Shown piece by piece: positions 58,182 to 64,000 of a stretch of 64,000 nucleotides of DNA. The notes below the pieces were generated by a model, which ran no database searches, was not told the origin of the DNA, and saw only the letters and a program-made list of their open reading frames with translations. Position 1 is the first letter of the stretch, and the number at the start of each line of letters is the position of its first letter. The stretch is from an uncultured Spirochaetota bacterium (GTDB taxonomy: Bacteria; Spirochaetota; Spirochaetia; SZUA-6; Fen-1364). The position numbers were made by a program, and so were the translations under genes. Where the stretch lies: positions 384,001-448,000 of the forward strand of contig CAWGAA010000001.1 of NCBI GenBank assembly GCA_963820525.1. Reading direction: 5' to 3'.

Positions 58182-59485
58182 GCGAGCGTATCGAGCCCCG
58201 GGTGCTCAAGGGCTTCCGCGATTTCCTCCCCGATCGGGAGATGCAGAGACTGGCCATCATCTCACGACTCCAGGAGGCTTTCAGGCTCTTCGGGTTCGTT
58301 CCGATCGATACGCCTGTCCTGGAATACGCCGAGGTGTTGTTGGGCAAGGGCGGCGGGGAGACGGACAAGCAGGTCTACCGCTTCACGGATCATGGGGGAA
58401 GGGATGTCGCCATGCGCTACGATCTCACCGTCCCCTTCGCGCGCTTCATGGCGGCCCACCTGGCGGAGCTTCCCCTCCCCTTCAAGCGGTATCACGCGGC
58501 GAAGGTTTGGAGAGGAGAGAATACCCAGCGGGGAAGGTACCGCGAGTTCATTCAGGCCGATTTCGACATCGTCGGGGCGGACTCCGCCTCTGCCGATCTG
58601 GAGATCCTCCTTTTGATGCGCGAGTGCATGCGGAAGTTGGGACTCGAGAGATTCACGGTCAATTACGCCCACCGCGGCGTTTTCAATGCGTTTCTCTCCC
58701 GGCTTGGATTGGGGGATAAATCGGCCGAAGTGCTGCGGACCATCGACAAGGAACGCAAGATCGGGCTGGAGAAAACGCGCGAGACCCTCGTGCGGATCGC
58801 GGGAAGGGAGGCAGCGGACAGGATTCTCGAATTCACGCGCATGGAGCCCAGCGCCGATGAGACGTTATCGAAGCTTTCCTCCATGGTGGGAAGCGATGTC
58901 GAAGGAATCACCCGGCTCGCTGAAATCTCCCGATGCCTGAAGGAAAGTGGAGCGGCCTCGGAATTCGTTCTCGACCCTTCGATCACCCGCGGCCTGGACT
59001 ACTATACCGGTATAGTATGCGAGACCTTCCTCTCGGACCTTCCCCAGATCGGCTCGGTCTGTTCCGGCGGCAGGTACAACGACCTTGCGACGCTCTACAC
59101 GAAGCAGAGCCTTCCCGGCGTGGGGGCTTCCGTCGGCCTGGACAGGCTCATGGCCGCAATGGAGGAGCTTGGCGTCCTCACGGAAGAGAAGACGGCGGTT
59201 TCAGTCCTGGTTCTCTACCTCGAGGAGAGTCTCCTCCCCGCGTACCACAGGTTCGCCTCCGCCCTGCGCGAGGCGGGCGTTTCAGCCGAGGTCTATCCGG
59301 AGAAAAAGAAGCTTTCGGTCCAGTTCGCCTATGCCGAGAGGAAGGGCATCCGTCTTGCCCTCATCCATGGGGCGGAGGAAGCGGATCGCGGGACCGTCGG
59401 GCTCAAGGACATCGCCACTCGCGAGACCTACGCGGGGCTCAATCTCGAGGCGGCCATAGAAAAATCGAAAGAACTTCTTCGGTAA
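58178..59485 (+). CDS. hisS: histidine--tRNA ligase
   Basis: KGFRDFLP, RYDLTVP, RGRYREF, RGLDYYTG, GGRY. Confidence 0.97.
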   Translation: MSERIEPRVLKGFRDFLPDREMQRLAIISRLQEAFRLFGFVPIDTPVLEYAEVLLGKGGGETDKQVYRFTDHGGRDVAMRYDLTVPFARFMAAHLAELPLPFKRYHAAKVWRGENTQRGRYREFIQADFDIVGADSASADLEILLLMRECMRKLGLERFTVNYAHRGVFNAFLSRLGLGDKSAEVLRTIDKERKIGLEKTRETLVRIAGREAADRILEFTRMEPSADETLSKLSSMVGSDVEGITRLAEISRCLKESGAASEFVLDPSITRGLDYYTGIVCETFLSDLPQIGSVCSGGRYNDLATLYTKQSLPGVGASVGLDRLMAAMEELGVLTEEKTAVSVLVLYLEESLLPAYHRFASALREAGVSAEVYPEKKKLSVQFAYAERKGIRLALIHGAEEADRGTVGLKDIATRETYAGLNLEAAIEKSKELLR

Positions 59486-60329
59486 TCTCAAGCGATCTCT
59501 CGCACAGCGCCTCGGGGAGATCCTCATGCGTATGCCATGGGGGATAATCGATGTCGATGAGGATGCACGACGGTATCCCGCGCCTGAGAAACGGCCAGTG
59601 GTCGCAGATTATAGCTTTCAGCCTTCCCGGCTTGTCCCGCGTGAACGGCTCCGCCTCCATGGCGGCGCCGATGGAGAAAATTCGCCGCGTAAGCTCGCGT
59701 GACGGTTCGTGGTACAGAATATGGGCGTCGATATCGAGCACCATGTCCTTTCCGCCGATCATGTCGAGGATCACCGCCTCATCGATGGCGGGAACTCCGG
59801 CAAGCCCATGGGCGGCGAAGTGCTCGGCCCCCAGGGAGAATTGATTCCCGCTTATGTCGCCGAGGTCTTCTGCGTCGAAAAAGGCGACTGCCACGTCACG
59901 ATCGAGGGGTTCGCTTCCCAGACGCTGGAGCAGGTGAAGGAGAACAGCCGTGCCGGAGCCGCCGTCGTTGGCTCCGGGAATCGCCTGGCGCCGCCTGTCG
60001 GCGTCGCTCTCGCGGTCCGCGCGAGGCCGCGTGTCGAAATGGGCCCCCAGGAGGAGAGCCCCTCCCCGAGCCTCGTGCCCCGTGCCGGCCGGACCGCGAC
60101 GTGCGCGGAAGACTCCGACGACATTGGCGCACTCGACACTCGTGCCGTCGAATGATGCTGTGAAAGGCTGGAGGCATGCGTGATCCGCGGTCGCCGCGAG
60201 CCGCGTGCTGAGAATCTCGCGAAGCTCCTCGTTTGCCCGGCTTCCGGGGACCCGGGGGCCGAGGGCCGTCTGCATCCGCACGAGCTCCAGACGCTCAGCC
60301 CCGCGCGGCGGACCCGCAGGGTCATTCAA
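59439..60329 (-). CDS. M28-family peptidase / glutaminyl-cyclase-like protein
   Basis: GPRVPGS, GAHFDTR, GANDGGSG, FFDAED, LDMIG, DH, WHT. Confidence 0.85.
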   Translation of the reverse strand: MNDPAGPPRGAERLELVRMQTALGPRVPGSRANEELREILSTRLAATADHACLQPFTASFDGTSVECANVVGVFRARRGPAGTGHEARGGALLLGAHFDTRPRADRESDADRRRQAIPGANDGGSGTAVLLHLLQRLGSEPLDRDVAVAFFDAEDLGDISGNQFSLGAEHFAAHGLAGVPAIDEAVILDMIGGKDMVLDIDAHILYHEPSRELTRRIFSIGAAMEAEPFTRDKPGRLKAIICDHWPFLRRGIPSCILIDIDYPPWHTHEDLPEALCERSLEITEEVLSIFLWPPRD

Positions 60330-61467
60330 GCTCGTAGTAGACCTCGCCGTCCCGCACCGTCAGGCTCACGCGCCTGCATGTCGCGTCGGAGAACGCCTCG
60401 AACGCGGCCTCCTCGAGGTGCCGGAGAAAAGAAGCCTCAAGCGCCCGGGCGCCCGTTTCCTTTTTCAGGCTCTCGGAGACCACCTTTTGCAGAACTTCTT
60501 CGCTCACGACGAGCTCCTTGCCCTCAAGGAGGAACTCGTTTCTATACTGGGAAAGAAGCCGGTCCCTGAGGATGGTGCCGAGCTGGTCCTTTGTCAGGGC
60601 ATGGAAGGGCACGATCCTCTTGAACCTGCCGATAATCTCCGGCAGGAAGCCGTAGTTCATGAAGTTTTTGGACAGCTCCATCTCTTCCTCGGAGTACGTA
60701 ACGGCGATCCGGTTCTGGTCTCCCGAGAGGGGATCCCGCCCGAACCCGATGTGCTCCTTGCCGTCGAGCTCGATGCTTCCCTTCAATCCGGAGAAGGCCC
60801 CGCACGCAATAAACCCGATGTCCTGGGTGGACATCACCGCCTTGGGAGCGTAATCGGAGTGGGTGTATTCGAGGGGGACCGGCATCTCGATGGATTCCAG
60901 CATCTTTAGAAGCTCGCGCTGGACCCCGAGCCCGGACACGTCCTTCGTCGTTCCCGCGCCCGAGAATACGGCATTGTTCTGGCCGGAAGCGAGCTTGTCG
61001 AACTCGTCGAGGCACACGACGCCGATGGCCGCCAGGGCGATGTTCATGTCCGCGGAGTACAACAGGCGGGTGAGGATCGAGTTCACGTCCTGGCCCACGT
61101 ACCCCGTCTCGGAAAAGCCGGTCATGTCCACGACCACGGTGGGAAGCCGCAGGATATCCCGAAAGAGGATCTCCACGAGATAGGTCTTGCCGCACCCCGT
61201 GGGCCCGACGAAAAGCATGTTGCTCTTCGGAGGAAGGGAATCGCGCTTGCCGGCCTGGATGTAGATCCTTCGCAGTCGCGCGATGTGGCGGTACGCGCCC
61301 AGAGAGATGGCCCGCACGGCCTTCTCCTGGCCCACGTACCCGCAGCTTCTCACATGCGTTTCGATCTCGCGAGGGAGGAGCATCGGGATGCTTCTCACGT
61401 AGAAGCCGATCTCCTGCTCGATGCGCTCCGGCCGGCCGCTTCTCTTCCCTTGAGTCAGTATATCCAG
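60322..61467 (-). CDS. ClpX-like AAA+ ATPase lacking the N-terminal zinc-binding domain (start uncertain: 61467 or 61383)
   Basis: VGQEKA, GPTGCGKT, GYVG, LDEFDK, DVSGLGVQ, IGF, TGARAL. Confidence 0.85.
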   Translation of the reverse strand: MDILTQGKRSGRPERIEQEIGFYVRSIPMLLPREIETHVRSCGYVGQEKAVRAISLGAYRHIARLRRIYIQAGKRDSLPPKSNMLFVGPTGCGKTYLVEILFRDILRLPTVVVDMTGFSETGYVGQDVNSILTRLLYSADMNIALAAIGVVCLDEFDKLASGQNNAVFSGAGTTKDVSGLGVQRELLKMLESIEMPVPLEYTHSDYAPKAVMSTQDIGFIACGAFSGLKGSIELDGKEHIGFGRDPLSGDQNRIAVTYSEEEMELSKNFMNYGFLPEIIGRFKRIVPFHALTKDQLGTILRDRLLSQYRNEFLLEGKELVVSEEVLQKVVSESLKKETGARALEASFLRHLEEAAFEAFSDATCRRVSLTVRDGEVYYELE

Positions 61468-61528
61468 TCCCTCCCCTTCTCTATTATAGTGTATCCGTAG
61501 TCGTCGGAATAAGACAAGAGAAGGATGC

Positions 61529-64000
61529 ATGAACCCCTACGCGCTGCCCGTCTACCTGCAGAGAGACAAGATCATCAAAGCCCTGGCCGACAACCAGGTG
61601 ATAATCGTAGAAAGCCCCACCGGCTCGGGCAAGACAACCCAGATCCCCCTGATCCTCCATGAGGCGGGCTACGCGAAAAAGGGGACCGTCGGAATCACCC
61701 AGCCCCGGAGGATCGCCGCCGTCTCCGTCTCCCAGTTCATTGCCCGCCAGATCGGTGAGAAGGTGCCGGGGACCGTGGGCTACAAGATGCGCTTCGAGGA
61801 CAAGACGCTTCCCTCGACGGCCATCAAGATCATGACGGACGGGATCCTCCTTCAAGAGATAAAGGGGGACAGGAACCTTTCTCGCTACTCCGTGATCATT
61901 GTCGACGAGGCCCACGAGCGCAGCCTGAACATCGACTTCATCCTCGGGCTCCTCAAGGGGGTGCTGGCCGCACGACCGGAGCTGCGGGTCATCGTCTCGT
62001 CGGCCACGATCAATGTGGAGGTCTTCTCCGAATACTTCGACGGGTGCCCGATCGTCAGCATCGACGCCCCCATGTTCCCCGTGGAGCTCGTCTACGATCC
62101 TCCCGAGGTGGAAGGCGACAGCGAGAGCATGCTGGACAGGATCGCCCAGATCGCGGCCCGGATCATGAAAAAAAACGCCCCCGGCGACATGCTCATCTTT
62201 CTCCAGGGCGAGCTCGCCATAAAAGACTGCGTGCAGAGGCTGCGCGAGATCGACCGCGAAGAAAAGCTTGAGATCCTGCCGTTGTACGCCCGGCTCTCCC
62301 ATGAGGAGCAGCAGCGGGTCTTCCTTGAGTTTGCGGGCAAGCGCAAGGTGATCGTATCCACCAACATCGCGGAAACCAGCGTCACCATAGATGGAGTCGT
62401 GTACGTCATCGATTCGGGCCTGGCGAAGATCAACTCGTACAATCCACGGACCTTCACCGAATCCCTCGTGGAGACGCCCGTTTCCAAGGCTTCCTGCAAC
62501 CAGCGGCGCGGCCGCGCGGGACGAACCGCGCCGGGGGTCTGCTACCGTCTCTACAGCCACAAGGACTACGAGTCGCGCCCCATGTACACCATGGAAGAAA
62601 TCCTTCGCACCGACCTCTCCGAGGTGGTGCTGCGCATGGCGGAGCTTGACATCAAGGAGTTCGAGTCCTTCGACTTTCTTTCCCCGCCGAGCCGCGAGGG
62701 CATCGTGGGGGCCATCGAGACCCTCCGCCTGCTCGAAGCCCTGGACGGCGAGAGGGACCTCACGTCCATCGGCAGGATGATGTGCCTCTTCCCCATCCTG
62801 CCCAAGCACGCGCGGATGATCGTGGAGGCGGTCCGCGTCTATCACGACGTGCTGGAAGAGGTGATCGTGGCGACGACGTTCCTCTCCGTGAACTCGCCGT
62901 TCCTCCTTCCCGCGGGCGAGGAGCTGGAGGCGCGCAAGGCCCACCACTCCTTCCGCGACCCTTTGGGAGACTTCGTCTCCTATCTCAGGATGTTCGAGGC
63001 CTTCAAAAAGACCGCGGATCGCCAGAGGTTCTGCGGCATCTATTATCTCGATCTGCGCGTCATGAACGAGATCGAGAGCATCACCCGCCAGCTCGAGGAG
63101 ATCGTGAGCGCCCTCGGAGTGCCGATCGCATCGGGAGGAAGTCCCGAGGATTACCTCTGCTGCGTGTCACGCGGCCTCATTCAGTTCGTCTGCACGCGCG
63201 CGGGAAAGAGCGTCTACAGGAGCCTCACGGCGGACCGGGTCCAGATCCACCCCAGCTCCCTCATGTTCCGCGAGAACCCGCCGTACATCGTGGCGGGAGA
63301 GATCGTTCGCACGACGCGGATGTACGCGCGCTCCGTCTCGCCCCTGAAGAAGCACATGCTTGCCAAGATCTCCCCCCTGCTGCACGAGAGCTTCGTGCGC
63401 GGGGTGCCCTACAGCAAGGAAAAGGAGGAGGCGAAGAAGCGCGACTTCACCAACCAGATAAATATCGGCGGTCTGGCGTTCCCCATCCGCCTCATGAAAG
63501 GGGGCAAAAAGACCGTGTTCATCGAATGGGAGGGTGTGAAGAAGATCTTGAGCGAGCTTTCCCCCGCAAGCCTCCATGGGTTGAAGAACCTGCGGGGCAC
63601 CATCCTCTGGGACGGCAGGGAGATATTCTCCGGCATGAAGCTCACGACGATTTTCAGCCTGGCCCCGCACATCCATCCCGAGCGGGGCGTTTGGGAGGAT
63701 TGGCCGGAGAAACGGACGTTCGATTTCAGCACGGAGGCGCGGGAGCTGGCCGGCTCCCTTCCCCGTCTCCTCGGCCTCTGCCCCATCAAGCAGGGCTCCA
63801 AGAAACTGGGGTTCCTCACCCTCTACACGGACTGGGGCGGAAGATACTGGTTTCGAGCCGAGAAGAGCCTCAACACGGCGCGCCTGGAGAGCCTCGCAAG
63901 CCTGGAGAACCTCGCGGACGAGCCGGGGCAGGGGCTGGACAACGAGAAGCGGGAAACCATTGCGAGATTGTATCGGGAAATCGACGCCGCGCTTGAGGAG
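61529..64000 (+). CDS. hrpA: ATP-dependent DEAH-box RNA helicase HrpA-like (no stop in window; absent from the ORF track)
   Basis: Translated by hand from ATG 61529: SPTGSGKTT, TQPRRIAA, DEAH, SAT, STNIAETS, QRRGRAGR all in one frame, which is still open at the window end. Confidence 0.93.
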   Translation, partial: MNPYALPVYLQRDKIIKALADNQVIIVESPTGSGKTTQIPLILHEAGYAKKGTVGITQPRRIAAVSVSQFIARQIGEKVPGTVGYKMRFEDKTLPSTAIKIMTDGILLQEIKGDRNLSRYSVIIVDEAHERSLNIDFILGLLKGVLAARPELRVIVSSATINVEVFSEYFDGCPIVSIDAPMFPVELVYDPPEVEGDSESMLDRIAQIAARIMKKNAPGDMLIFLQGELAIKDCVQRLREIDREEKLEILPLYARLSHEEQQRVFLEFAGKRKVIVSTNIAETSVTIDGVVYVIDSGLAKINSYNPRTFTESLVETPVSKASCNQRRGRAGRTAPGVCYRLYSHKDYESRPMYTMEEILRTDLSEVVLRMAELDIKEFESFDFLSPPSREGIVGAIETLRLLEALDGERDLTSIGRMMCLFPILPKHARMIVEAVRVYHDVLEEVIVATTFLSVNSPFLLPAGEELEARKAHHSFRDPLGDFVSYLRMFEAFKKTADRQRFCGIYYLDLRVMNEIESITRQLEEIVSALGVPIASGGSPEDYLCCVSRGLIQFVCTRAGKSVYRSLTADRVQIHPSSLMFRENPPYIVAGEIVRTTRMYARSVSPLKKHMLAKISPLLHESFVRGVPYSKEKEEAKKRDFTNQINIGGLAFPIRLMKGGKKTVFIEWEGVKKILSELSPASLHGLKNLRGTILWDGREIFSGMKLTTIFSLAPHIHPERGVWEDWPEKRTFDFSTEARELAGSLPRLLGLCPIKQGSKKLGFLTLYTDWGGRYWFRAEKSLNTARLESLASLENLADEPGQGLDNEKRETIARLYREIDAALEE

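Noticed and set aside
59439..59485. 47-nt convergent overlap of hisS and M28 (also 20 nt at 4446-4465)
   Set aside because: Short 3' overlaps are common; no evidence of regulation.
61484..62947. 487-aa minus-strand ORF, and the 62782-63996 plus-strand ORF
   Set aside because: Shadow frames of the hrpA gene, whose motifs lie in a different, open frame.
1..64000. tRNA, rRNA, prophage or anti-phage defence genes
   Set aside because: None recognised by eye; intergenic spaces are short and accounted for. A covariance-model search was not possible.

Overview
GC-rich bacterial chromosomal region. Gene content (Maf-like gene, PEGA/TPR proteins, DUF212 next to rnf, PreP, HrpA) suggests a member of Spirochaetota, which is an inference. 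It is mostly core genome: a Gld-type ABC exporter, a Liv ABC importer, rnz, an M16C protease, epmA-efp, a divergent LeuA paralog, mcsA-mcsB-clpC-TPR, lolCDE-like genes, ftsY, cheY, prfB with its programmed +1 frameshift, GH57, rnfCDEA, mlaEFD, a B12 radical SAM enzyme, pcnB, hisS, a ClpX-like ATPase and hrpA (runs off the end). One intact IS1182-family element sits inside a REP/BIME-like palindromic element. The most unusual signals are: (1) an orphan Cas2-like gene, with no CRISPR array or cas1, heading the prfB-cheY-ftsY-lol operon from a likely leaderless promoter; (2) one 42-bp repeat family expanded in-frame at the 5' ends of two unrelated envelope genes 21.6 kb apart, read in different frames; (3) a dispersed modular palindrome family that the IS appears to target; (4) several enzymes with altered catalytic motifs. 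Three genes are split by single-base shortfalls in G/C homopolymers, probably sequencing errors.
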